This document shows, one piece after another, positions 13,001-28,000 of a DNA stretch of 64,000 nt. Source of the stretch: Gordius albopunctatus (taxonomy: Eukaryota); assembly GCA_964276515.1 (NCBI GenBank), contig OZ193910.1:4588001-4652000 (forward strand). The letters run 5' to 3'. The notes beneath the pieces are model-generated. The model did no database searches, was not told the origin of the DNA, and saw nothing but the letters and a program-made list of their open reading frames with translations. Every line of letters begins with the position of its first letter. Position 1 is the stretch's first letter. Made by a program: the position numbers and the translations under genes.

Positions 13001-16000
13001 GCACATAACTACGAATTTATGAAGCACGCACCTATTTGTGTTTAACGATGTAAAACAATTGGCTAATATTGATTGATTCGATTTTGCCCCTTGAGCCACC
13101 TTATGAGAAGGTTAGCCAAATCTTTGAGACAAAGTAACGGTCAAGACTCATCTTTATTAGTTCTAAATAAGTCTAAGTCGATTTCTGGGATGGCAAGATT
13201 AGTGAAATAGCACGGAGCTGCAAAGCAGAGAAGCTCAAATTTTGTTTAATTTATTATTTATGAGATAATGTAAAAGTATTTTGGTCTTTTGAGGTGGGAG
13301 CATAGTAGCGTGTTAGGCTTATAAATTTTAAGGAAATCTGCCTAGAATGCAACTGGGTACTAAAATTCCTTGTTTTAAGATTGCTCAATTTTTCAAATCT
13401 AAACAAAACTTGCCTTTTCTAATTTTGTTATGGTTTTACTACATTACTTGGCCCAAATGATTTTCATTATTCCGATGTTTGGCGGAGTCTACATAAAGTT
13501 AATAAGGGTTTTTACGGATTTTGTAAATAGTTAAAAGACAAGTTCAATGGATGTAAACATTATTTTCTGAATATAAGCGAGCTTTATAAATGTGTAGAAC
13601 GTCATCAAATTTGGGGAAACGCAGTGTCAGCAAACATCGAACAAGGACAAAAAGTTCTCGCTCCAAATTTTGAGCGTTATCTCGCGTTCGATACCCAATT
13701 ACCACAACTCATCCAAAATTATGGCCGCCGAGGTTAGACCTGCATCACCTTTATTATTTTATTTTTAAATTTTACATAATTACTTGCTTATTTCTTCTTA
13801 ATTTTACCCGTTTTTCGTAAGTATAAGCTAAATGGTGACTAATTCGCAAAATATTATACGAGCATTCATTGAATGTGAGGTAAGTCGTTTGTTCGTGTTC
13901 TCAAAGCGCATACTAGAGTTGTTAAATTGCTAACTTTCTTCAACTCTAGCTATCATCTGCTCGAGTTTCTGCTCGGCCCTCGAGCATTTTTATATGCTAA
14001 TGTTCTACCTAGTGCACCAAACAGAGAGCGCATATAGTGCTAACGCGCATATTAAGCAACTCAGTGTGCGTACTCGCGTCTGGAGTTTGAAGAAAGTTAG
14101 CAATTTAACAACTCTAGCGCATACAACCATAACATAAGTTTGTTGCATTACAATAAAGGCTATTCTAGCCCCGGACACTTTCAAACTTCTAGGATTTCCG
14201 GTTTTTCCAAACTTAATTACTGAAAAATCTATTAATTTTTTCCTTTTATTAAACCAATACGTTAGGAACATGTTCCAACAAAAATGTGGAAAAATAATTC
14301 TTGATCATTTTCAAATGCGATTTAATTATTTATGCCTATTTTAGCCTCGGCGGTTCCCCTATATCTTGCGTCTTTGTGCCCCAATCTTGTTATACATAAT
14401 ATAATAATTGGAATATATGAGGTAAGGGTAGAACGTTTAAGGTGATTAAAAGCTCACATAAAGCTTTTTTTGGGCTTGTTTGAAATTGTTCAAAATATCT
14501 AGTAGTGATTAAGCTTTTGTATCTTACAAAAAGGCTAGTCGCGCACCGTATCTGTATCCTCTCTAGACACATTAAAAGACTCATTTTTATTTGTCGGTCG
14601 CTTTTCAATAAGCTATTATTTATGTGCTTTCAATAATAATTGACCATGACTCCTATTTCCATTTAAATACTAAAAATCTTTAAAGAATTTAACTTTAAAA
14701 AAATTTGTATTTTGCGCAAATTTCACATTGCTTTTTTCGTATCAATAGATCATATCTCACATGGTCGAATTGTATCCACATCATTTTGAAATCGGACAAA
14801 TCATAAAGGCTTTCAGGGTAAGTCAAAACTGTTTAGTTATATTTGGAAATATTGCCTTAACCACGATTTTAAGCAGGAAGGGCGATGGCGAAGAGTTCAA
14901 TATTTTGGGATGATTATAGATATTTTTTGGAGGACTATTTATTTTAAATTTAAAGAAGTAAGGGGGTAAAGGAATTTATCCACTAGGTCTTTGTTTAAAA
15001 GAATTCTTTTTGGGTGCGATAAAAGCAATTATGTTGTGGTAATAAGTTGCAATGATCTAAAATGCGATAAAACGAATTTATCGAAGTTTTATCAGGGATT
15101 TTACAGATTATTTGCGAAACTAGATATTTATATAATATTACTTTATGTCATAGCTTATTCTACTACAACTTTTCATTTGTCTTTTTGACCCCATTATCAA
15201 ATCTTAGGAAGTTTAAAATGGAACATAACGATTAAAGAGGTGTAATATGGGTATTTTTTAGATCTAAACAAAAAGATGTTTTCTGCCAAAAACATACTAT
15301 AACAATTTATAATTATAATTCATGCGCTTTTAAATTTTTTCGTGAATATTCAATTCAGCTCCTTTGTCAATCTTATGACCTGACGAACGATTCAGATGTT
15401 AGACGGGCTATCAAAGCCAATATATCTTCCATTTTCCTATCCTATACTACCTATATCAGCAACAACTCGAAAGGTAGTTTATTTCCCTCAAGTTTTAAGC
15501 TAATATTAAATAATAAATTAACTTAAGCTTTCGTATTTTTGATATTCAAGTTTTTTATTAATTTAAAATTTCAACCTGTTAGATTTGATTTCATTTCTTT
15601 TTAAATTTGTTTAAAAAATAGATTTATTTCCTGAATTTGTATAATTATAGATCGTGATTGTTCGAAGATGCACAACACTATCACTATGACGATGGTTTAC
15701 TTAGCCGAAGATTGCAATTTTTATGCTATCAAGTTGAGATTTTACTTTAAATCATGCCGGAGGAATATAACCGAAATAATAATATTTCTTTTACACACAT
15801 TTTTCTTCGTATATATATATATGCGTTTTATAATTAAAACATACTTTAGCTCATCGAGATCGGCGTTGCCTTGCGTTTACGAAGCAATACTTTCCCTCTC
15901 TCATGCCCTTCCCACGGGATACCCATGTTCCACCCAATTTATTGATGCACTTTGGTTAGATAATCTTTTAATATTAAATTTTTTCATTTAAAGTTAATTA

Positions 16001-19000
16001 CTAAATGTTTTAAAGTTAACGTTTTTGCGAACATTTTTCCATGTTGTAGTTGCTTTTTATTGATTATTAAAAATTATGGATTATAAAATATTGCAAAGTC
16101 TTTATATTCTCGAACCTGACCCCACCCAGAAATAAATGTTAAATCTCAAAACTTAATCCGACCCAGCCGGAATATAAAATACAACCCGATCCACTGGCCA
16201 AATATTAAAGTTCAGAAGAAGAAATATATTAAACGAGTTGCATCAAAGATTCAGTTACACCTTGTTTATTGAATGATTTACTATGAAAATGTGAAAAAAT
16301 GGAAGACACAGTTTTACAAAAACATTATTTTGAACACAAGCCCAGCCCCCGACACCTTATATATTTTTAGATTTCCAACTTTAACCCGACTCGAATCAAA
16401 ATTTTAAAATCCGAGACGGGTTGGGTTTGTGTCCTGATGCAGAATTCTGAAGGCCTGATATGAAGTTTAGTTCTATCAGATCACTCTTGTTCTGTCAGAA
16501 CTTATCTCGTTAAAAACTCTGAAAATTTGAATTTGGTTTACGCCTAAAACATAAATCGGCGTCCATCAGATAGGATCTAATCGATCTCCTCCTTCTAAAT
16601 ATTCTCCCGCATTTCTACTAAAACAATCAATTGCGATTTTAATCGCAAAATTCAACTTTAAATCCTTTTTGGATTCTTGTCCTTCGTTGAAAGAGGAAGA
16701 TGAAGATATATTAGCTATTTAACGTTCTTATTTAATTTTTTTTAATATACTAAATTTGTATTACATTTAACCGTATTACTACGTTTTCTTTGTCCTCTAA
16801 TAACTCCTAAAGTTTTCGACCGATTGCCACCAAATGTAGCCAGATCATTGCCTTGGCACCCTAGATGGTTTATATATACTTTTTATAGGCCTGCGGCAGC
16901 CGTACCCCTGTTTTTTAGTAGTGCTTACCGCCATCTAGCGGACGAGAGATACTATGTTTTTTGTACTTATTTATCGTTATGGTGCTACTTATTGCCTTAA
17001 AAAGCTTTTCCGCGATTGCTTTATCATTAAGTGTCTCAATTTTTTACTCAACTACGCCCCTTTTTTGTGACAATATATAAGCCTGTTACAAAATAATATA
17101 ATATAGCATATATCCTTTTATTTCATTTTATGTCAGGAAAGATGTGTGCCCATCTCTGATTTCCCTTTTCGGTGCATCAGCTGCTTCCAGCAAACGAACC
17201 CCCAGCTCGTCTCAACCACAGAACGTGCGGCTTAAAGTGGGGCTCAAAGATAACACGGACACTGTTGTGTTATTCGACCACCATGAAGCTTCTAGACTCT
17301 TGTTCGATCGGCCTGAGTATCAGGAGACCGTTTGTGCTTTGGTTTGTGAAATTGTAAAGCTAGCCGGTCGCCACTCTTCTGTGCGCATGGTCTTGGGTTC
17401 CCTATATCAAAAGGCTTTATTCGTTTTGAGCCAAGATACCGGCTTCAAAGGCCTCGGCGTATTTCTGCATAAATGCTTGCTCAAGGTGATACTTTAGTCG
17501 GTTAAAGTTTTAAATATTAAACAACGACTAAACTCAATTGTAAGCTTAATAATTACGTTGTGAATTAGAGTAAAAAATAAAAATATACACCGTTTTTATA
17601 GCTTTTTAATTGTTAGACTACTAATGTTTTTAGGTCATTTTAATGTCACATACGATAGCTAGTAGTGTTTAACTAATTTTCGCGGAAGGTGCACAGCGAT
17701 ATTTTGTTGATATTTGGCAAAGGAAGCCATAAATGAATTTTTACAATATTTATACATATTGTACTTTTTGCTTATTCATTATATTTATTTTAATTTGCGA
17801 AGATCGTGGAGAATCCAGAATATCTCCTTAACGTTATAGGTCCTGCGCACGATGCACCCGATAGTTGTACACCCGAGATCTATATCCTTGATATGTAAAA
17901 TTCATTTAAAAACACCATATCTGAAATCAATAAATCAATCATACAAGAATATCGTGTTTTTTTTATGTTAATATATATTATTAATAAATTAGATAGTAAT
18001 TTAATTTAAATCATTTTAACATTTAATATAAGGTTTATCAATTGCTGTCGCCTGTGTACCGAATCTAACAACCCCTTATTGCCATCATACGCCTTTATGA
18101 TCGTAAATGCCTTAATTAACTCCCTGAACTTAATTTATAACGGCAAATGGCCTGTCAACAAGCCAAATATGGAAAACACGTCTATTGGTGATACCTATTT
18201 CTACCATTTTTAAACTTATGTTTGCCTTTAATTTTAGAATGTATATTCCTTTTTATTTATAAATTAAAAAATATCAATTTTTTAATTTATACCTTTTTGT
18301 AGGTTTGGATAATAACGAGGAGGAATTATCTTCCGTAGAAGTCAGTTCCTACCACAGCGTATCTAGCGATGATGAACGTATGACTCATAATATTTGTATA
18401 ACTAATATAAACCTATATTACCAGTATGAGTCTTTTTAAATTATTTAAAACTCAAGAATGTAATATCAAATTTACAAATCTTTATAAGGTTCATGACTAT
18501 TTTGCTTGGCTTTGTTTAGTTTTGTAAAGCTTTGTGGACGATACCCGTTTTGCATAGTTAAGGGTATTAAATTGAGGTTAATCCACCATTTATTTATTGC
18601 GAAATTTTTAATGATTTTACTGTAAAATTATCGATTATATATATTATTAAATTAACTATGTTATCAAATAAAATTCAAAAAAAATTTTAATATTAGATTC
18701 CATCGGTAACCCAATTGAAAACGACTATGAAAAATTTGATGTAATCATCAGTAGCGATGAAGATGCGGGAGTTAGGGATATTTTCGATTTTCGAGAAATA
18801 TCACTCAACGAACGACAAAAATCTGAAAGTGCTCAAAAAATTGAAGGTTACTCATGATAAATTTTTGTTGATTTTGTCTAAATTCCTTGCTAAATTTTAG
18901 AGGCAATTTTACTTGATGATTTTTTTAATTTTCCCTAGAATCTGGTTTGCTTACACAGCAACAAAATGATGGACTGGGTACGACTCAGTTCGTTCAATCG

Positions 19001-22000
19001 GCCCCAACGTTAATAGATGAATTTTTTGACCAATTTAATCGAACCCTCATGAATTCTATGCTCGTTAACGTTAGAAGTTGCTTAGAAGTTGACGCTAAAA
19101 TCGTACAATTTTGTTCCAAATTTTGCCAGGGTAAAACAATAAAAGTTTTTATCATAAAACAGCTTTAATTTACTTTTTATGGTTTGATTATTTTTGTAAT
19201 GGGTCTTAAATGCCTGCTAAATTGATTATTATATTTTCTTATTTTGTTCTATTTAAGCATAAAATTTAGAAGATTTTAAAAAATTATGATTTTGCAATTA
19301 TTCTAACGTGACTTTTAGTTAATAAATAAAGAATTTTTTATTTTAGATCACAAAAAGAACGGAGAAGGCTTTTTCAACGCAGACTTTTTGTATGTGGCAA
19401 TCTATAAGGCGTTGCACCTAAATGCAAAGTTAAGGACGCGCTCTCACTATCAACAAGATATCTTCGACCAAAACCTTTCCCCTTCTTTAGTAAGTCATAG
19501 TTTTTATATAAAAAAAATAAATTTAAATTTACCATATAGAACGTAATTGTAGTATTTTAAAATTAAGAATTTAATATTAATTATTGTTATCGCTCGCCAA
19601 TTTTTTCGATACTATTGATTGCCTTTGCAAAATATCGAAAATCCCATATTTGTACAATGCAATAATAGCTGTTTAACTTTTCTTTTACTAAATTTTAACT
19701 GTCTACCCTTATTTGTTGGTAAATACACAATGATTGTTCTATATGAAAATAAGGCTGAATTTGGGCAAAGCTTTTACAGCCACAATTTCAGGCTCATATC
19801 TCCCGGGGCTTGGATTGGGCAAATCTATCGACACGTTGTATCCAACGATATCCTAGCAAATACCCACAATCAAACCATTACCAATCTAATCCGGGGTTCG
19901 TTATTAATTTTTATCTCAATGACTCTTGTATCAAAAAGTATATAATTCAAAATTATATATTATTACTAATGTGATTTTTATTTATTTCACTGTAATTTTA
20001 TAAATTTATGTGCTCGCCCATCCATATTTTATAATGCGCGAGTCGAGATTTGCGTTTAAAAATATTAATTTTAAGCATCATAAACTTTTTTTAATCTTAA
20101 TAATATCCTCTTCATGTTATTATGGGCAGACATCGATAATTCGGGGAAAGACGCTTTAAACACTCAATATTTGATGGAGTATCAAGCCTTGCACCATCCA
20201 CACACTTTATTCCTTGGCGCCGATGAACGAAATAGCAAAGGTTGTCGCCTGTTCATAACTTTTATCTATCTACAAAAGTGAAAAAATATTATCACCTTTA
20301 CATCACCGCTATAAATACTAGGACTGAAAGTTTTAACAATTTGCAAAATTAAATAAATTTTATTTATATCATCTTTATAGGTCTAAAATTGGTTAAAAAT
20401 TTGCTTTCCACGCGTTGCGAGAGCTTAGGCCGAAAAGGGTGTAGAAACATTACTCAAACCAACATTTTGGACAAGATTATTGAAATTTTGGCGAAAAATG
20501 AACTTATTTTTGACGCGCCCGCCAAATTAGCCTCGAAGTACTTGTTGGATTTCAAAAAAACTTTTAGTTACGACAAAATGCTGAAGCACGCTAATACGCT
20601 CAAGAACTTATTAACTCATCATCCTAATGGACAAAGCCTTAATCTTAGCATTAAGTGCATGGAAAGTTTGATTACTTTGACCGTTATCACCTCTCAAACC
20701 GGTATATTGTGTAATTAAATTTCTAATAAAAATAGAACATGTCGGGTTATGGGGCATGCAGATTAATTAAAAACCCTTAAATCTCATTGCTAAGTACATA
20801 TGACTTTCTTATAAATTAAGGATTGACTTTCATGATCTAATGACATTTATTACTTCCCAGTGTCTAAAAAGTATTAATTTGATAAAATGTCGGAATAAAG
20901 ACATTTTCTAATTGCAATAAGCAATTCATTAATATAAGTAAGTAAAAACCTTTAGAGCTTCAAATTAAGATGTTAAATATTTTAGAAGATTTTTACCCTC
21001 ATAATTAATGTTCTTCATATGAAGAACATTAAATGTTAAATGTTAGTGTACTATTTAAGCACCCTCTAGTTAAAAACATGTTAAAAACATTTCTTTTTAG
21101 AACGTATGAGAATTATTTTTGAAAATTATTGAATTTATACATATTGAGAGACAGGTTAATTGTTTTTAAATTGTTCAGGGATGTATCAGGAAAGTTTAAA
21201 GTTAATGAACATTTGGGGTGAACAATCAGCAAACGCGTGGAACATCATGATGCTCTGCACGATGCCACTTTCGGGATTGCACATCAAACATTTCGCCCAG
21301 CATATTTTCACGAGCACTTACACATTGCCTATTTGTACTTTGTGTTTTACAGAGACGGCCACCCACCACCCAAATTTATGGAAAACTATATTTAAGTAGG
21401 GCTCTAAATTAGAGAACGGGCTAAACGTCTGTTTAATAATCTAATCCGTAATTTGTTCATTTATATTTTTACAACAAAGCCAAGGGAATTTATTTTAAAA
21501 TCGCGAGCTAACTTATAATACTAAACTGTCATGGGTTTAGTCAAGAGGGGGCCAGAGAGGGGCTCCTGCCTCCCTTCTAAATCCAAAAAATCTGGAGAAA
21601 ATTATTAATATGATTACTAAACGTTCAAAAAATTATCATTTTGCCCCCCCCCTAAATAATTATTGTCCCATTCTAATTCCAGTGCTGGCTACGACCCATG
21701 TGAACAGTTCTTAAGTGGATATGCAGAAATAACAAATTTGTTATTTAAGGGTTCCCCCCCCCCCCCGTGTTGAAACTTGGTTTTTCCATATTATATTATG
21801 GATGTAAGTGTGTTTGTGGATCAATTTTTACGTATTTACCTCATACAATCTTTGTTACAAAAAATGTGCCTATTATTTTTATTATGTTAAGCTTGATTTA
21901 GTCGACTTATTAAAGTGAAGGTAAGCAGGTCAACTGTAAAACTAATTCATAAAGTGTTGGTTGCGAGTGATGACGGCTTTTAATTAGGTTCCTTTAAGTT

Positions 22001-25000
22001 TTCCCCCACTCAAGTTGATAAAAGAATTTATTTCAATCTTATATTTATTTTATTTTTTATAACGTGTTTTTGTGTATTATTAAAATTTAAACAAATGTTT
22101 GCTTTAGATGCTATGGAACGATGAATTATATATTGCACTACTTAAATTTGGAAGCTGACCTAATATCTTCACCCATCTCAAATACACTTTGTTGGATTTC
22201 TGGATACCAAAAAGCGTGAGCCTCTCTCAAAACTCTCTTTTTTATTATGAAATTCATTTTTTTAGCGATACTCAAGTTTTAAACGATTACTATACCACGC
22301 TATATGCTGGAGAAATGGCAGGAGATAGCGTGAAGTTCAGGGAATACTATTTAAAAGTTTTTACTAATGTAGTCCCCGAAACCAGTCAATATACTGCCTC
22401 AGAAATACAGCCTAATATTAGTATATTGGGAACTTTAATACCCGTACATTATGTCCATTCCCGTGAGTAAGTTTTCAAATATTAGATTTTTTGATTTTAA
22501 TAATATTAATATCTAAACTTTTAATAAAACCATTTGTTCTATATATAAACATATACAATGTGTTCAGCTAATTTGTTTGGAACTTGATTTCAATTTATGT
22601 AAAATATTGAAATTTTTGTTTTTTTAAATTAAAAATATTTGTATTGTAGGGTTTTTAAAAGGTGTGCTCAAAGTTTGAACTTCGTATCGTTGTCCCACAT
22701 GTTCGAATCCCTGGTAGAGTATAACATTACCAAGTTGGATGAATTGAACGCTTTGCTGAGGGTATACTTTACACTCTCAAAAACTACCGACACTGTTGGC
22801 AGATTTTATCAGATGATGGATCAGAAAACGTTAAAATGCCTCCTAACAATACAAATTAGACACATTAGGGATAATTTCATCCTTTTGAAAGATCTTTACG
22901 TCGTGTCCATTAGTTCAGGGCGTCCCATGTTGCATTTAATCGGATTGTGGGCTCGACATATCAAGCCACATTTAGTCAAAGTACGCTACTTCAACTAAAA
23001 AGTTGTTTGTTTCCCCATTTAAAAAAGGGATGAACCATTGATCTATGTTGTTATTAAAATTTCACCGTTTTGTAGGGGAATCATGAAGGTAAAAGTATGA
23101 TTTTGATATATTTTTAGAGCCTGGAGTATGGGTACCACGACATTACACTCGTGTTGATAGATACTATTTACCACCTGACAAATTCCCTAATCCAAAGTCA
23201 CGAAGAGTTTTTCGGCTTCAATTTCAACGAATCTATCATTGATGTGTACAGAGAAATTTTGTTAGCCACTCCCGATACTAATTTGTGGAAGGCCACAGAT
23301 GTACCAACTAAATCTCACGGCTACAAGGTATCTTGCCTCCTTTTTTATTCATCATCATTAAGAAGTATAAATTGGAAATTATAAGATTGTTTTTTGCATA
23401 ATTTGGTCTAAACCTTAGGCATATTATCCGATGTTATCCCTCAACCCTTCTCAATATGATTCGTTGTATAAAAGCATTGGGGTATCGGATTGATAAGATG
23501 AGTATAATAGTGTTGTAAATACGGGTGAGTTCTGTTTGCTGAACTAAAACCAAAAAAATTTATGCTCTCGTTTTTACTAAATTACAAAATATTTTGTAAT
23601 ATAGTTAGCCTGGCATCGTAAATGTGAAGATGGCTTGATTTTGAGTTAAGAGATAATAAATATTAAAATTATTAAATATAGATTAAAAATACTTTCTTGG
23701 ACAGGGGCAGATGCTGCTCTCGCCTTACTTGCCTAAAATATTAATGGCTCTGCAATTTATGGGTTCACTTTTGGTTGTCCGTCCGTCCTATCCTGTTTAT
23801 AATCTAACATATATATAAGGAAAAAATATAATATAATATTTTATATAAAATATATAGATATTTAATTATATGGCTGGCATCGCGTCCAATAATCTTAACG
23901 ATCTCAAAAGTGGTTGGAAATCTCTCATTTCTGCTACCAAAATAGCTCTTCAGTCTTTGGGGGAAAGTTGTCAGAAGCCATCCTGCGCCGTAGAATGTGC
24001 ACCTCTGTGCGACATTTTAAAAATTTTTGTAACTATCCGAGATGACAAAATTTACGCGACTTGCGCTATGGAAGTCGTAGATTTATTGGTTAAATTGCAG
24101 GCCATCTACCAAACAAGTTACACCTACGCAATATGTCTAGTGATTGTGTTTTCCCCTGTCCATGCCTCGTGAAACTCGTTGCATGAACGTTGTATGTCGT
24201 GTTTTTCATGGATTTTTTATAAGGATATTCTCAAGGTGCGATTATACGTTAACAGTAAATTTATTTATTATCATAAATTTTTAAATTATGTCTTTAGGTG
24301 GGATTTAAATGATAAAAATAATATGAAATGGATAAATCTTTTCTATAAAAAATATCCTGCATTTACTTTAGATCCCTGCTATTTTAATAATTAAAGAGAG
24401 AGGGCTTTAAGTTAACATTTTTTAGCCGAATTTTGGTTTAAACAGTATATATCTGATAAGATACGAGGTTGCATATTTACTTCGTTTTATCATCTATAGT
24501 TGCTTTTTCCCATGTTCAATGTAGTGGTATCTTTTTTGTTTCAAGAAACGCAAGTTGAGAATCAAGGCGTCATAGTACCAACGGTGAAAGCTGCGATTGA
24601 GAGATACTTTAGTCTTCCCTCCTACGCTTTAAATGTGGATGAAGATGCAATGGCTTCAGCTCAGTAAAAGAAATATTTTAGAAATATCAACAGTCAATTT
24701 CAAAAAATTTTAAGTTCTCTTAATTTTTTATACAATTTCATTAGTTTCCTGTATTTTTCGTCCACGTACCTCTAAATAGACGGAGATTCGCATTTGTTAG
24801 TGATATAAAAGATTTGGTAAAATTTTTAGCACTATCTTTAATAGGTGAACAATCGAAGTTTAAAGCTTAACTGAAGCCCTGCAAATTATATTTTCCCGGC
24901 TCAATTTCAATTACTCGAACCCGACCCTAGCCTGAGCCCGGCCCGACTTTCTGAAATATAACATTTATACCAATATTATTTTTAAAATTATTTTTAAATA

Positions 25001-28000
25001 TATAATTAATAGCGGTTATATTTAAAACATTAATAAATAGATCAAAGGTGAGTCGTTATCTAGATTTTTTTTTAGATAATTTTCATTCAGGTTTGCAATA
25101 TAATACATATGAGTCGTTTGAATTTAATGTTTAAAAATAGTCCTGCCCGCCCACCTCTTTATAGAACACTAGCTAATTATTTTATTCGTGCCCGTAGTGA
25201 GCCTTAATTCAAAATGCCAAAAAAGCCTCTAATAAATGGAATCAAAATTAGTGATTTGATTTGTGGGGAATTTAAAACCGCGCGCTTTCATTAATGACTA
25301 TTAATTTTATCGTATCTTTTAACGTAAATTAACAAAATTATCGATATAAAAGCGTATAAAAATTGTTTTTACACTGTAAGCATGTTCATTGCAAACTTAA
25401 AAAATATGATCACCTTACCCAAAATTATGAGTGTGTTACTTTTAATTGCTAGAAATTTTATAAATAGTGTTGCGTTAGATTTTTTCAGCTGATTTTGTTT
25501 CAGATCTCGAGGCGAGCCAACCCACCAGGTCCTAACCAAGCCTGAGGTCCAATTCCTTAAGATTTTTTCCCAAGCTTGGCCTAAAATCTTATCGGGCCTG
25601 GCCTCGGACGGCCCTTGCGGGGCTATAGCTACATAATATTTTGATAAATCTTAAATATGGTCACAAGATGCTAACAAATCGCTACACTATATAAACCCTT
25701 CACAGAAATCGTTTAGAAGAGGATTCTGTTATAACGCGAGATCGCACTCTGGCATTCGAGCATTTGTTCGATAAGGTTCGTTATACCGAATACGCGGACT
25801 TAAAGGAAATTCTCGACGATTTTGAAGATATAATACCGGTATGAAACACTTTTAATATTATTTAAGTTAATGAGTACTTTATCTAACACCACAGCCTTAA
25901 AAATTGTACATGCTTTGACTCCGCGTTAACGTTGTAATTTTCTTAACATCATTATTTAGGTATACTACTCTAGCCGTATACCTACTAATGTGTCTCCTAC
26001 ATGTAATCAGATATACTACACCACTATTATTTAAAACTCTGCTAAACGTAGTAATTTTATTTAATTTATAATTTTGAAGTATTCATCGTTGTAGCCTACA
26101 AATTTTTTAACAATATTAATATAATTACAGTCGAAACTTCTTAATCGCCAATCGAATTAGCGCAAAAATCTTTTAATCGCGAAGTTAACCGCCATTTTGT
26201 TTTTTTAACGATAATATTAACAAAAATATCGTTTATTGATAAATCGCTTAATAGTACAATATCGGATATTCACAAACATTTTCGAGCCCTTAAATCAACC
26301 AGATAATGATATAAAATATCGTTTTATTGCGAAGCGTAAGAAATTAATATTTAATATAATATACATATACTTTTTTACCATCGTTTAATCGCGAAATATC
26401 GGTTAATCGCGATTTTTTCAGGCCCAAGACTTTGCAATTAAACGGTTTTAACTGTAATAATAAGTGTGTAATAACAGCTGGTAGTCGACTTTTGGTTTAA
26501 CCTAAGACTAACCGTTCATTCTGGTTTGTTTTTTAAATTTCGACGAATCCCAGAATTCTGCAAATTTGGTTTGTTTATGCTTAGTCGATTAAAACCAAAG
26601 GTCGACTTTACAAAACCCACCCTTTTTACAACACTATTGCATAAAAGGTGAAAATAATAGCTTGTGTCCCAAATGAGCAAAGTATTAAAACAATATTTGG
26701 CATATTTCATTAAAATAATGTAAGTGTGTGGGGGGGCATTACTCCTTTATATACCATATTTATTTCGGAAATCTATAGAAGGGTGTATACTCCGATTTTC
26801 CCACCTTGCTCCATTTTCCATCGCCTCCCTCCCTCGCAAAAGACAAAATTGCCGGCGACTCAGGAGTTAAAACGCTCACCGATCTCCGAATAGTTTTTGA
26901 TATACTGATCGGGGCCATCACCAACAAATCCCCCAACTTTCCCCCCAATTCTAAGACTGACTCGCGATCGGCATCGAAAAACGATTTTGTCCACTTAATC
27001 CTGGCATTGCTGAAAGATCTCCTCGAGTCTGATCGAAAATTGCTTAAGCTACCGGGAATTGGTGGGCATAGTGCAAAGCAATTTTACGCCTTATACATAG
27101 TGCATCACCTTATTCCCTCGCTGTGCCAATATTTCTCCAAGGCTGCACATTGCTCAACTTCAGCCGCTAAATTTCATTGCAATAAAGATGCCCTATATTT
27201 CGTTGGCTCTTTAACCCACACTTTGGTCGATCTTCTCGTCAACTATGCATCTCATTTTGATGGTAATTAAAAGATTATTTCCATATTATGTGTAAATGGA
27301 AAAGCTAATTGTTGTAGTACGCGGAATTTTTCAGCAATAATAATATTACATAAGGGATTAGTCATTATTTTTACATTTGAAGGAATACCTTACAATTCTC
27401 ACCACATCGGGATGGGAATCTACCGTTCCATCGTTATATTGTATCTGGATATGATAGCCACTAATGATCAAGATTCTGCAAGATTGGCCATCTCTTCTTA
27501 TAAGTCCCTATTTAAGCTTCATTCTATTTCTATTTCTACATATAAATATATCTATTTTACATGAAAATCTGAAAATTTTAGAGTTTTAGATATTTATAGG
27601 TGATTTGTATTTTTAACAGATACCTGGCTCAGAGATTATTAAAGCATCCTGACTGTAAAGTAGGAGACGTGGAAATAATGGTTGAAACGTTGAATTTGGC
27701 ATTTTGTCTAGCATCGATCCCCTTGTGTAAATTTATGTTAGCTTTCAAGTCTGGCTCTTGGAATATGAAGGGTGCAGACACTCGGGCTACTGTGACTCTC
27801 GGTATTAAGAAAACTCATCCAACTAATGAAGATCATATAGCAAATGAACATAATTGCTTAAAGGATCGTTTGTTGGCCCAAGAGGTGTGTTTATTAAGAA
27901 GCTTCGCTTATTTTTCTTTCGTTCTATTATAATTTCCATAAAGCATACTATCTTTGATGGATAATTTAGCCAATTGTTTTTATCGACTTTTTTTAATTTT

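Noticed and set aside
24140..24240. In-frame TGA between ORFs 23870-24172 and 24179-24394 (possible readthrough or selenocysteine)
   Set aside because: A phase-0 donor at 24140 splices to the exon at 24500 and places the TGA in an intron.
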